A stretch of 64,000 nt of DNA, from contig CAWBZV010000006.1 in the NCBI GenBank assembly GCA_963793305.1, positions 39,874 through 103,873 on the forward strand. Direction: 5' to 3'. The notes below the pieces were generated by a model. The model did no database searches. It was not told the DNA's origin and worked only from the letters and a program-made list of their open reading frames with translations. The stretch comes from an uncultured Gemmatimonadales bacterium. Lineage in GTDB: Bacteria > Gemmatimonadota > Gemmatimonadetes > Gemmatimonadales > Gemmatimonadaceae. The translations under genes were made by a program, and so were the position numbers. Positions 1 through 9,904 of the stretch are shown here, piece by piece. The number at the start of each line of letters is the position of its first letter. The stretch's first letter is position 1.

Positions 1-120
1 CGCACTCGGACCGACGTACACATCGCGCCCGATGATCACATTGCCGATAATCGTCGCGCTGTCATGCACGAACGCCGATTCGTGCACCACCGGCCGATAC
101 CCATCGAACTCGAAATACAC
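1..120 (-). CDS. paaY: PaaY / gamma-carbonic-anhydrase-like hexapeptide protein, N-terminal part (runs off window)
   Basis: Manual translation from GTG at 120: MYFEFDGYRPVVHESAFVHDSATIIGNVIIGRDVYVGPSA; directly downstream of the paa thiolase. Confidence 0.8.
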   Translation of the reverse strand, partial: MYFEFDGYRPVVHESAFVHDSATIIGNVIIGRDVYVGPSA

Positions 121-124
121 GTCG

Positions 125-1295
125 CTACACGCGCTCGATGATCGTCGCCATCCCTTGGCCGACACCGACGCACATCGTAGCCAACGCATATCGCCCGCCA
201 GTCGCCTCGAGCTCCCGCGCCGCGGTCAGTATGAGTCGGGCGCCGGACATCCCGAGCGGATGGCCCAACGCAATCGCGCCACCGTTCGGATTGACCCGCG
301 GATCATTGTCGTCAAGTCCGAGGGTACGAAGACAGGCGATCGATTGCGCCGCGAACGCCTCGTTGATCTCAATGACATTCATATCGTCGAGCGCCAGTCC
401 AGCCTTGGTCAACGCCTGTCGCGTCGCCGGCACGGGGCCCATACCCATAGTCCGCGGCTCGACCCCGGCGACAGCCAATGCCACGATACGGGCGATCGGT
501 CTCAGGCCGGATTTCTCAGAGGCGATCAGCAACGCGGCCGCCCCATCGTTGATGCCCGATGAGTTGCCGGCGGTAACGGACCCACCGGTGCGAAACGCCG
601 GTCTCAGCTTCGCGAGCTTCTCGATGGTCGTATCGGGCCGCAAGAATTCATCCTGCTGCATCTCCCCAACGGCGGTGATCTCGACGTTGAACCGCCCGCG
701 GCTGCGCGCGGTGGCGGCCTTCCCTTGCGTCACGCACGCAAACCGGTCTTGGTCTTCTCTCGCGATCCCGTGCTCAGTGGCCACATTTTCGGCCGTCTCG
801 CCCATGGCGTCCACGCCGTACTGCTCCCGCATGCGCGGATTGACGAACCGCCACCCGATGCTGGTGTCGAAGAGCTGCGCATCCCGCGCGAATGCCTTGC
901 CGCTCTTGGACAGGACATACGGCGCCCGCGTCATGCTCTCGACGCCGCCGGCGATGTACACATCCCCGTCCCCGAGCTGGACGGCCCGGGAGGCATTGAT
1001 CACGGCGCTCATCCCGGATGCGCACAGGCGATTGACCGTCTCGCCCGGAACCGAAACGGGAAGGCCGGCCAGGAGGGCCGCCATCCGCGCAATGTTGCGG
1101 TTGTCCTCGCCCGCCTGGTTCGCGCAGCCGAGTACGACGTCGGCGATCCGGGCGCGGTCGAGATTCGGATGGCGCTCAAGCAGCCGCTGAATGACGAGCG
1201 CGGCCATGTCGTCGGGGCGCACCTCACTCAGCGCACCGCCGAACGATCCGATCGGCGTCCGAACGCCATCTGATGATGAACGCTTGCTGACTCAC
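125..1295 (-). CDS. paaJ: 3-oxoadipyl-CoA/acetyl-CoA C-acyltransferase (thiolase); 1-nt insertion near 1271
   Basis: Thiolase motifs NRLCASG, NEAFA, GHPLG, CVGVGQG; N-terminus MSQQAFII-DGVRTPIG is restored by removing one base; GTG start overlaps paaH stop (GTGA). Confidence 0.9.
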
Positions 1296-2443
1296 GTTGT
1301 AAACCGTCCTCCGTTCCGCACCATGCGCTTGAGCAACACGCTCGGCCGGTACCGATCCTCGCCGTATTCCGTCTGGAGCGCGACCAGCGCCTCGAGCACG
1401 TGGTCGAGGCCGCGCTCGTCTCCCCAGGCCAAAAGGCCCTTGGGGTAATTTACTCCCTTTGTCACGGCCAGATCGATGTCGGCCGGGCTTGCCACGCGCC
1501 AGTGGACCGCGTCGATGGCCTCGTTGATCAGCATCGACAGAATGCGGTCGAAAACACGCTCGCCGACCTCGCGATCAATGAGCGGCTCCGGCTCCCGGGT
1601 GCCGCCGCGATAGTCGAAGAATCCCTGCTTCGTTTTGCGACCGAGCATCCCGGCGTCCACGAGGCGCTGCTGCGTCAGCGAGGGCCGGTAGCGAGGGTCG
1701 AAGCCAAGTGCCTCGAAGATGGAACGCGTGACCGCCAGGTTGATATCGAGCCCGATGAAGTCCATGAGCTCGAAGGGCCCCATACGAAACCCACCGAGCT
1801 CCCGCATGGCCGCATCGATGGTCGAAAAATCGGCGATCCCCTCGTCCGCGATTCTCAGCGCCTCCCCATAGAAGGGCCGCGCGACGCGATTGACGATAAA
1901 ACCGGGCGTGTCGCTGGCGACCACGGTTGTTTTCTTCCACGAATCGACGAGCCTTTTCGTCTCGCCAGTCACGCTCGGCGCCGTGCCCAACCACGGCACA
2001 ATCTCGACGAGTGGCAGGATGGGCGCGGGATTGAAGAAGTGGACGCCGAGCACGCGCTCCGGGTGCGTGGCGGCCGATGCGATCGCCGCGATCGACAGCG
2101 ACGAGGTATTCGTGGCCAGCACGCAGTCGTCCGCGACGATGCCGCTCAGCGCGCGAAAGGCGTCGTGTTTCGCCCCGATCCGCTCGACAATGGCTTCGAT
2201 GACCAGTCCCGATGGACTCAGCGCGTCGAGGCGGTCCGTCGTCTCCAACGCGTAGGCGGTCGCTTCTGGTCCCGCACGACCCTTCTCGACCTCGCGCTGG
2301 ATAGCGTGCCGCATGTTGGTCTTGGCCCGCTCCAGCGCGCCATGATCGTTATCAACGAGGATGACGGGATGGCCGTGCATCAGCGCGACCTGCGCAATCC
2401 CCGTCCCCATGGCGCCAGCGCCGAGCACGCCAACGATCTGCAT
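1292..2443 (-). CDS. paaH: 3-hydroxyacyl-CoA dehydrogenase
   Basis: GAGAMGTG Rossmann motif, NTSSL, HFFNP, PGFIVNR, MGPFELMD; paa context. Confidence 0.9.
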   Translation of the reverse strand: MQIVGVLGAGAMGTGIAQVALMHGHPVILVDNDHGALERAKTNMRHAIQREVEKGRAGPEATAYALETTDRLDALSPSGLVIEAIVERIGAKHDAFRALSGIVADDCVLATNTSSLSIAAIASAATHPERVLGVHFFNPAPILPLVEIVPWLGTAPSVTGETKRLVDSWKKTTVVASDTPGFIVNRVARPFYGEALRIADEGIADFSTIDAAMRELGGFRMGPFELMDFIGLDINLAVTRSIFEALGFDPRYRPSLTQQRLVDAGMLGRKTKQGFFDYRGGTREPEPLIDREVGERVFDRILSMLINEAIDAVHWRVASPADIDLAVTKGVNYPKGLLAWGDERGLDHVLEALVALQTEYGEDRYRPSVLLKRMVRNGGRFTT

Positions 2444-2449
2444 GCGCCG

Positions 2450-3238
2450 CTATCGCCCGCTGAACGTAGGGACGCGCTTCTCCTGGAAGGCCTTCACGCC
2501 TTCTTTGTAATCCGCGGTCTTCGCCGCCAGCCGCTGCAGCTCGGCCTCGAGCTTGAGCTGCTCCTCGAGGCTGTTCGTCATCGACTCGTTGAGCGCCCGC
2601 TTGATGAACCCGAGGGCCCGCGTCGGCTGCGTGGCGAGCTCGCGCGCGAGACCGCTCGCGGTCTCCATGAGCGCCGCCGCAGGTGCCACGTCGTGGATCA
2701 TGCCCCACTCTTTCGCTTGCGCCGCCGGAACTTTCCCGCCGAGCATGGCCATACTGGTCGCGCGTGCGAGGCCCACCAGACGCGGCAGGAAGAACGTACC
2801 GCCGGTATCCGGCACCAAGCCGATTTTGACAAACGCCTGGATGAATGAGGCGTTATCCGCCGCGATGACGATATCGCACGCCAACGCGAGATTCGCTCCG
2901 GCGCCAGCCGCCACACCGTTCACAGCCGCGACCACGGGCTTTTCAAGTCGGCGCACCGCCAGAATGAGCGCATTGTAGCCACGGACGATCTCGCCGAAAT
3001 CCGGTGGGGTCGTCCCAGCAGGCGGCGCCGCCTCGGCGAGATCCTGACCCGCACAAAACGCACGGCCCGCCCCAGTCAGCAGGACCGCGCGAACCGAGTC
3101 ATCGGTCCCGGCGCTCTCGAAGGCGTCCCGCAACTCGCCCTGCATCCGGCGGTTGCAGCTGTTCAGCACCTCGGGGCGGTTCATGGTGACCGTCAGGACG
3201 CCGGCCTCCACACCGCGCAGCACGTGCTGGTATTCCAT
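2450..3238 (-). CDS. paaG: Enoyl-CoA hydratase/isomerase (oxepin-CoA-forming isomerase type)
   Basis: FCAGQDL, AAGAGANLALACD, GLVPDTGG motifs; start moved to ATG of MEYQH at 3238. Confidence 0.88.
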   Translation of the reverse strand: MEYQHVLRGVEAGVLTVTMNRPEVLNSCNRRMQGELRDAFESAGTDDSVRAVLLTGAGRAFCAGQDLAEAAPPAGTTPPDFGEIVRGYNALILAVRRLEKPVVAAVNGVAAGAGANLALACDIVIAADNASFIQAFVKIGLVPDTGGTFFLPRLVGLARATSMAMLGGKVPAAQAKEWGMIHDVAPAAALMETASGLARELATQPTRALGFIKRALNESMTNSLEEQLKLEAELQRLAAKTADYKEGVKAFQEKRVPTFSGR

Positions 3239-3266
3239 GGCCCCAAAACTATCGGGGCCATGGAAT
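3232..3266 (-). promoter_or_regulatory. Perfect 13-bp inverted repeat covering the paaG start codon, TAGTTT -10-like box in the loop
   Basis: attccatggcccc-aaaactatc-ggggccatggaat. Confidence 0.55.
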
Positions 3267-3275
3267 TCCCCGCCA

Positions 3276-4569
3276 CTACTTAGCTGAGATCTGGAGGTAG
3301 CCGTGCTTCGCGAGCAAAGCGGCCGAGCTGACTGACGGGCCGAGCTTGACGCGCTGCGCCATCGCGGCACCGGTCGGATTCGTGAAGAGATCCGCGCCGA
3401 ACACCGGCAAGCCAGCCGCACCGGCAAAACCGAGCTGGTGCTGACCGAACTTCTGCAGGTTGGAAGATGTCGAACACGCTCGCCAGCAGCGAATAGTGGT
3501 TGTACTGCGTGTCGTCGAAGCCACCAGGTGTGATGAACTTCGAGATCGCCACGGCGCCGACATCGCCACCACCGGGGCCGCCACCATCACCGGTGCCACC
3601 AGGGAACGCCTCGTTCGGGCCCGGCTGCTCGCCGCAGCACGCGACGGAACGGTTCGAGCCTTCGGATTCATCCGAGATGATCAAGACAAGACCGTCTTGC
3701 TTGTACGCCGGCGAGTTCAGGATCACCGGCATCCATTCCTTGAGCCACAGGTTCGCCGAAACCAGACCGCCGGGCTCACCCGTGATGCACGGCGAGTCGT
3801 GTCCGTCGTGGCAGACGTTCGGCGTGATCCAGACGTAGTTCGGGGTCGTGGCGACGGACTGCAGGTCTTGCTGCAACGGGTTGAGCGAGACGACGTTGTT
3901 GCACTCCGCGCCATCGATGATCGAGTGGAACCACACGAACGGGTTGTGGCGCGCGGCGTACTGATCCTCCGGCGTCTCGTTGTTCGTGATGTCGACGGTG
4001 CCGATCGGCACGTGACCGCAGACGCTGGCCTCGCGCGACGGGTTGTTGCCCATGTCTTCCATGTACGCCTTCCACGTCAGGTGCGCCGCGTTCATCTGCT
4101 GCCCGATCGTCCACACGTCGTGCGGATAAATGCAGCCTTCGCCGGCAATCTGGCCGTTCGGCCCCCAGCCGCCGTTCGGGCCGCGGGTTACGAAGTTCGA
4201 GTAAATGTCGCAGTCGGCCGAGGTCGAGCTGTCGGGCGCCTGGCCGCTGACGGCGGCGGTGTAGTTGTCGAGGCTGGCGTGCCCAATGCCGTAGTACTGG
4301 CTCATGAACGTACCCATCGGGGCCAGCGTGTCGATCAGGTACGTCGCCGGCGAGTTCGGGCCATAGGTCGCCAGCACATCTTCGTTCTCCAGAATCACGA
4401 TAAACACGTGCCCGATCTTCGGCAGGCCGGTCGTCGCGACCGCCGTCGGTGCCACTGCCGCCTCGCGCGGCGCGGTCGCCATGGAATTCGGGCTGTCACT
4501 ACATGCAACACTGACGAGAGCAGCGGTCAAACTCACGGCCGCCGCGGTCAAACGGTACTTATTTCCCAT
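3276..4569 (-). CDS. Phosphoesterase/acid phosphatase (AcpA/SapM/PlcH superfamily) lipoprotein; 1-nt insertion near 3462
   Basis: Lipobox SVAC; HVFIVILENE, HASLDNY, YAARHNPF, CHDGHD, YNHYSLL; the C-terminus continues in the 3276..3671 frame (NLQKFGQHQLGFAG). Confidence 0.85.
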
Positions 4570-4648
4570 CGAACACTCCTAGTATACGGGTCGCCGATTG
4601 ATGCGCGACCGACGCTGCGACTGCGCGTCTACCCGATAACAGGAGCGT

Positions 4649-4849
4649 CTAAGTTGCGTCTCGCTTGCGTCTAGCCAACCAGAGCATTGCCAAGCCAAAG
4701 AGGAGCATGAACGTGCCCCACCATTCATTGACGTTGACACCGAGCGACTTGGCGTAGAGTTGGCTATCGGAGTTGGTCGCAAGCCCGAACCCCACGATCA
4801 AGAATCCCACAATGGTGAGCAACCCACCGATCGGAAGTCGCACGTCCAT
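4649..4849 (-). CDS. Small two-TM membrane protein
   Basis: 66 aa, two hydrophobic helices, DVRLPIG...SLGVNVNEWWG; tightly coupled to the GH30 stop. Confidence 0.75.
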   Translation of the reverse strand: MDVRLPIGGLLTIVGFLIVGFGLATNSDSQLYAKSLGVNVNEWWGTFMLLFGLAMLWLARRKRDAT

Positions 4850-4851
4850 GG

Positions 4852-6279
4852 TTACTTCCAGATGAAAGTGACAACGGAGTTACTCGGCAGCGTGTACTGC
4901 GCGCTCGCTTGCTTCCACTGCAGTGAAAACGTGCTGGCCTGAGTGCTCCCATTCAAGACGATGGCGACGATCGACTGGTCGTCACTGTTCTGAAACGCGA
5001 CGCTGGACAGTCCCCCCAGGCCGGACGAGGTCGCAATACGATACGCTCCGGGCCGCACGAACTTGCTCGCGTGCGCCAGCGCGTAGTACTCGACATTGCG
5101 TGTGATGGCGCCCGTCGTCGAGTTGATCGTCACGACACCGCGACAATTCGTGCACCCGCCGGTATGCGGCCCGTCGTGCTCGTCGAGCGCCAGATTCCAC
5201 AGCGCCACGCTCCGCGCCCAGTTCTGGGTCGTGCCAATGATCAACGTGCCGACGAAGTAGGTAATGTTCGAGCCGAAGTCCGGCGCCCAATCGCCACCGG
5301 AGCATTCGGTGAAATACGTATCTTTCGCCGGATACGCCTGGTGCACCGTGCCTTGCGCTGACACGTTGCCCTTGTAGCAATGCCATGCGACCCCTTGCAC
5401 GTACTTCGACGCGAGCGTGTCGGCGAACACGGTCTCGGGCTCCTGCGGCAGATCCCAGTTGTGATCCCAGTCCCAGATCATGGTCTTGACGCCGAGCCGC
5501 GCAAATAATGGCCCGACGTACTGGCCATCCAGCTCGGCCCGCGTCACCGGATCCAACAACATCCCGGGGTAATCCGGCGGCTCATACTGCGGCTCATTCT
5601 GGAGTGATATCGCGTCGATCGTCACGCCCGCCGCCGCGTAGGCCTGGATGAACTTGACGAAGTATCCCGCGAACGCGCTATAGGCCTCGGGCTTGAGCGT
5701 TCCGCCGATCATGCTCCCCAACGTCTTCATCCACCCGGGCGGGCTCCACGGGTTGGCCATGAGCACGAGCTGTGGGTTGATGGCCACGGCCCGCTGAATC
5801 ACCGGTAACTTGTACACGAGGTCGGGCGCGATCGAGAAATGCGCTAGCGTCGTATCGGCTGATCCGTCATCATAACTGTAATCGACCAGCGAAAAATCGG
5901 ACGCCCCCATGGGGATACGCATGAAACTCAGCCCCAGGCCGCCGTTGGTGCGGGAAAACAACTCCTGCAACAGCGACTCGCGCTGACTGGCCGAAAGCTT
6001 TTCGTAGATGTTATACGTCGCCGCATCGGTGAACGCCGCGCCGAATCCGATCATCTGCTGATACTTGGTGGTCGCATCGACGCTGATCACCGGCACGGAG
6101 CTTGTTGGTTGCCCTGACGCGAGCGCGGTGTTCGGCTCATGGCTCAAGAGCTTGGTCTGATCACCGGTCGTGAGCCACGTTTGCACGGTCGTCGATGGAC
6201 CGGTGGTCGGCGCGGTCGACGGTCCGGCGCCGCTCGACCCGCATGCCGCGAGCGCCAGCGACACTACCAGTAATCGCAT
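4852..6279 (-). CDS. GH30 glycoside hydrolase lipoprotein (GH30_3 endo-beta-1,6-glucanase-like)
   Basis: Lipobox LAAC; GFGAAFTD, RIPMGASDFS, PWSPPGWMK, QNEP (acid/base), YFTEC (nucleophile), WNLALD. Confidence 0.9.
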   Translation of the reverse strand: MRLLVVSLALAACGSSGAGPSTAPTTGPSTTVQTWLTTGDQTKLLSHEPNTALASGQPTSSVPVISVDATTKYQQMIGFGAAFTDAATYNIYEKLSASQRESLLQELFSRTNGGLGLSFMRIPMGASDFSLVDYSYDDGSADTTLAHFSIAPDLVYKLPVIQRAVAINPQLVLMANPWSPPGWMKTLGSMIGGTLKPEAYSAFAGYFVKFIQAYAAAGVTIDAISLQNEPQYEPPDYPGMLLDPVTRAELDGQYVGPLFARLGVKTMIWDWDHNWDLPQEPETVFADTLASKYVQGVAWHCYKGNVSAQGTVHQAYPAKDTYFTECSGGDWAPDFGSNITYFVGTLIIGTTQNWARSVALWNLALDEHDGPHTGGCTNCRGVVTINSTTGAITRNVEYYALAHASKFVRPGAYRIATSSGLGGLSSVAFQNSDDQSIVAIVLNGSTQASTFSLQWKQASAQYTLPSNSVVTFIWK

Positions 6280-8399
6280 TATCGCACCGTGAAGCGAGCG
6301 CTGAGCGAACCGACCAGCGCGTCATACGGGCCCGGCTCGACCCGCGGTTTATTGTCGCGGCCAATGAACGCGAGCCGAGACTTTGGAAACATCCAGGTCA
6401 GGGTCTGCTTCTCTCCAGCGCCCAACGCCACACGCCGAAACTCACGGAGTTTCTTCACGGGCGGCGCGATAGACGCGTAGAGCTCTCTCGTATACAACTC
6501 GACAACGTCCACACCGGGCCGCTGGCCCGTATTCGTGACCGTGACGGACACCCGAATCGTATCTCCGGCGGTCACCGTCAGGTCGCTGTAGGCGAACGTC
6601 GTGTACGAGAGACCATACCCGAACTCCCATTCCGGGTTGTAGCCCGCTGGAAGCGCCTCTTCCGCGAAGGCGTGGTCGTAATGCACGAGCGCGCCGGTCG
6701 CTCGGGGCCACGTGAACGGGAGCCTGCCGCTCGGGTTAACGTCGCCGAACAGCACGCCGGCCAGTGCCTCTCCACCGAATGGGCCGGGTTGATACCCGGT
6801 GACAATCGCGCGGGCGCTATCGACAATCGCGCGAACAATCCGTGGGCGCTGATGGAAAATTGTCAGCACGACCGGCGTACCGGTCGCCTCAATCGCTTTC
6901 GCCAGCTGAAGCTGATCCTCAGGCATCGTCAGATCATCGATGTCGCCCGGCTTCTCCACTGCTGGCGGCTCGGCCAGACATACGATAGCGACGTCCGCAT
7001 TGCGCGCCGCGTCGACCGCGGCCGCTCCGGCAACGTATGTGGCGTTCGGCGCCCGCTTACGAATCGCGTCCAGCAGGGTCGCCACGTTCTTCGGATACAT
7101 CGCCGTGTCAGTGCCCTGCCACGTGAACGTCCACGACCCATACTGATCGACCAGCGACGTCGCCCCGGGTCCGGTCACGAGCACCCGCGCCGTTTTCGCC
7201 AACGGCAGCATCCCGCCCTGATTCTTGAGCAAGGTCACGGCTTCTTCGGCCGCCTGACGACTGACGGCGAGCGATTGCGCCGAGCCGACCTGGGCGAGCA
7301 TCGCGGTGTCCGGCCCGGCGTTCTTGAACAGGCCGAGCGCATACTTGAGCTTCAGGATGCGGCGCACCGACTCATCGATCCGCGAGACGGGAATCGACCC
7401 CTCTTTCACCAGTGCGAGCAAGTCGTCGTAGAACGACACATTCTCCGGGACCATGCTCATGTCGATGCCGGCCATCACGGCCATACGCACCGCGTCCTTC
7501 GGCGTTGGCGCGACATGGTGGACCGTGTTGAGCCGGATGATATCCTCCCAATCGCTCACCGCCACTCCGGTGAACCCCAAGTCGCGTCTCAGGAGATCCG
7601 TCAGGATCTCGTGACTCGCATGCACGGGGACCCCGTTGATATCCCCGGAGTTGATCATGACGGTCTCGAGCCCCGCATGGATGGCCGCGGCAAACGGCGG
7701 CACAAAGTACTCTCGCAGTTCCCGATCGGGGATCCAGGCGGTTGTCCGATCCTTGCCACTCAGCGGATCGCTGTACCCGAGAAAATGCTTCCCGGTGGCC
7801 GCGACATACCGTTGCTCGGCCCGGATGGCGGTGGCGCCGATCGTAGAGACGAGATAGGGATCTTCCCCGAAGGTCTCGAAGAATCGGGACCACAGGGGCT
7901 GACGCGCCACGTCGAGCACCGGCGCAAAGTTCCAGAAAATCCCACTCGCCCGGGTCTCATACCCGGTGATCTCGTGCTCTTGCCGCACGAGCGCCGTATC
8001 CCACGTCGCGGCCATCGCGATGTTTTGCGGAAAGACCGTCGCGCCGACCATATAGTGATGCCCATGCACGGCGTCGATCCCGTAGATGATCGGGATCTTG
8101 AGGCGCGTGCGGGAGGCCGCCCGTTGGACGGCCCCGATGACCGCTTGCCATTTTTGTGGAGAGAGCGCGACGTCCCACACGTTGAGCAACGAGCCCACGT
8201 GATGGGCGAGAATCGCGTCGGCGAGCTTCGCGGAATCGAGCTGCTGCTCGACCGAAGCCGTCCCATGAACACTGGAGACGGCTTCGATCGTCAGCTGCGT
8301 CATTTGCCCGACTTTCTCTTCTATTGTCATGCGCTGCAGGAGCCGCTCCACCGGCGGCTGCGAGAGGGCCAGCGCCAACAGGACCAGCTTTACTGCCAT
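6279..8399 (-). CDS. GH3 beta-glucosidase, exported
   Basis: MTIEEKVGQM, DAVHG, FPQNIAMAATW, ETFGEDP, KHF, SDW nucleophile, PSGRLP, FGYGLSYTTF; start set at MAVKLVLL. Confidence 0.92.
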   Translation of the reverse strand: MAVKLVLLALALSQPPVERLLQRMTIEEKVGQMTQLTIEAVSSVHGTASVEQQLDSAKLADAILAHHVGSLLNVWDVALSPQKWQAVIGAVQRAASRTRLKIPIIYGIDAVHGHHYMVGATVFPQNIAMAATWDTALVRQEHEITGYETRASGIFWNFAPVLDVARQPLWSRFFETFGEDPYLVSTIGATAIRAEQRYVAATGKHFLGYSDPLSGKDRTTAWIPDRELREYFVPPFAAAIHAGLETVMINSGDINGVPVHASHEILTDLLRRDLGFTGVAVSDWEDIIRLNTVHHVAPTPKDAVRMAVMAGIDMSMVPENVSFYDDLLALVKEGSIPVSRIDESVRRILKLKYALGLFKNAGPDTAMLAQVGSAQSLAVSRQAAEEAVTLLKNQGGMLPLAKTARVLVTGPGATSLVDQYGSWTFTWQGTDTAMYPKNVATLLDAIRKRAPNATYVAGAAAVDAARNADVAIVCLAEPPAVEKPGDIDDLTMPEDQLQLAKAIEATGTPVVLTIFHQRPRIVRAIVDSARAIVTGYQPGPFGGEALAGVLFGDVNPSGRLPFTWPRATGALVHYDHAFAEEALPAGYNPEWEFGYGLSYTTFAYSDLTVTAGDTIRVSVTVTNTGQRPGVDVVELYTRELYASIAPPVKKLREFRRVALGAGEKQTLTWMFPKSRLAFIGRDNKPRVEPGPYDALVGSLSARFTVR

Positions 8400-9901
8400 C
8401 CGGCGTTTTGCGTCAGAGCAGGATCGCTGTTGATCTCCACCTGCGGAATGGGATAGATAGTCGACGTCACGCCGTGCACGGCCTTGAACTCGTTCGGGTA
8501 GATCGTGAGGATCTCGGCCTGTTTCGCCCGCAGCGACTGGTCGAGAATGCCCCAGCGCGAGAGATCGAACCACCGCTGCCCTTCGTAGATGAACTCCTTC
8601 CGCCGCTCGACGCGGAGCGTGTCCATGAAGTCGGCGCTCGCGGCGCTTGACGAAGCAAGCGAGTCGCCGCGGAGACGCACCTGGTCAAGAGCCGACACCG
8701 CGCTTCCGGCCGTCACCGTTCCACCGTTGGCCACCGCTTCCGCGTATATCAAGAGCACATCGGCGTAGCGCAGAATGGGCTGAAAGTTCGGCTGCTGCTC
8801 CCAGGAGCGGTGCTCCATGTTCTGCGCGTCCGACTCGTCGAGCGGCTTGTGCAGCGCCGGGGCGGGCGGCGAGATGAACGTGACGACCGTGCCCGAGTCG
8901 GGGCCGTGCCGGATGGTGTAGGGCGAGATCATGAAGCTCGCGCCGTTCCCGCGCGTATCCGTGGCGGAGAACGAGTTGACAAGCGACGGCAGCACGAACT
9001 CCAGACCGTACGCATCGCCGCCGGGGAACCCACTCGGCAGACCAAACAGCAGGGCGATACTGCCGACCACTCCGGTCACGGTTTCCGGCGAACCGAAATT
9101 CACCGAAAAAATGTTCTCCGGATTCGAGTTCTGTTTGGAGATCGAGAAATTGTCGTTGTAGACCTTGTTGAGCGAGTACGTGTGCGAGTTGATCACTTGG
9201 CCGGCATACTTCGCGGCATTGTTCCAATCGCCCAGGTACAGGTAGACCTTGGCCAGCAGCGACGTCGCGGCGCCGGACGTCGCCCGACCCACATCGGCGG
9301 GGTTGGTGTAGCTCGCCGGCAGCGATGTCGAGGCCGCCTGGAGGTCGCTCTCAATGAGCGCGTAGATCTGCGCCTTCGCCGTCCGCGGCAACTGGGCGTT
9401 CTTGGCGTTGGTGATTTGCGACGTGACCAGCGGGACATCGCCGAACATGTTCACGAGCATGAAGTACGACAGCGCGCGAATGAACTTGGCCTCGCCAATG
9501 ACGCGCGCCCGGAGCGTCGGGTCCATCTGGATCCCCGGCACCAGCTGGATCACGATGTTGGCCCGGTTGATCGTGATGTACGCGTTGCTCCACTGGTTGT
9601 CGAGCGTCCACAGCGTCTTGTCGAACGTGTAGTCGGCGAGCTGGTGTCCGTCCGAGCCGAACGAGGGGTCGGCCATGAGGTCGTCGCCGGAGATGTCGCC
9701 GATGTAGAAGTAGTAGAGGTACGTGTACGGCATCTGGGCGTACGCGGCGTTGACGGCCGAGACCGCGTCAGATGACGATTTGTAGAAGTTGTCGGGGGTC
9801 AGGACGTTGGTCGGGCTCGGATCGAGGAACTTGTTGCAGGACGTTCCCACGATCGCGGCGCCGATCACGCATCCGAGGAGCGGCAGGAGTCGTTTGCGCA
9901 T
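8390..9901 (-). CDS. RagB/SusD family nutrient-binding outer-membrane lipoprotein
   Basis: Lipobox GTSC; GEAKFIRALSYF, LLAKVYL, LRYADVLLIYAE, ERRKEFIYEGQRWFDL, YPIPQVEI...QNAGW. Confidence 0.93.
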   Translation of the reverse strand: MRKRLLPLLGCVIGAAIVGTSCNKFLDPSPTNVLTPDNFYKSSSDAVSAVNAAYAQMPYTYLYYFYIGDISGDDLMADPSFGSDGHQLADYTFDKTLWTLDNQWSNAYITINRANIVIQLVPGIQMDPTLRARVIGEAKFIRALSYFMLVNMFGDVPLVTSQITNAKNAQLPRTAKAQIYALIESDLQAASTSLPASYTNPADVGRATSGAATSLLAKVYLYLGDWNNAAKYAGQVINSHTYSLNKVYNDNFSISKQNSNPENIFSVNFGSPETVTGVVGSIALLFGLPSGFPGGDAYGLEFVLPSLVNSFSATDTRGNGASFMISPYTIRHGPDSGTVVTFISPPAPALHKPLDESDAQNMEHRSWEQQPNFQPILRYADVLLIYAEAVANGGTVTAGSAVSALDQVRLRGDSLASSSAASADFMDTLRVERRKEFIYEGQRWFDLSRWGILDQSLRAKQAEILTIYPNEFKAVHGVTSTIYPIPQVEINSDPALTQNAGWQ

Positions 9902-9904
9902 GAT

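Noticed and set aside
6195..8456. 753-aa plus-strand ORF and similar long antisense or alternate-frame ORFs (1400..2848, 11252..12640, 38180..39967, 43676..45481, 44203..45630)
   Set aside because: Shadow ORFs of well-supported genes, expected at high GC; Arg/Pro-rich with no motifs
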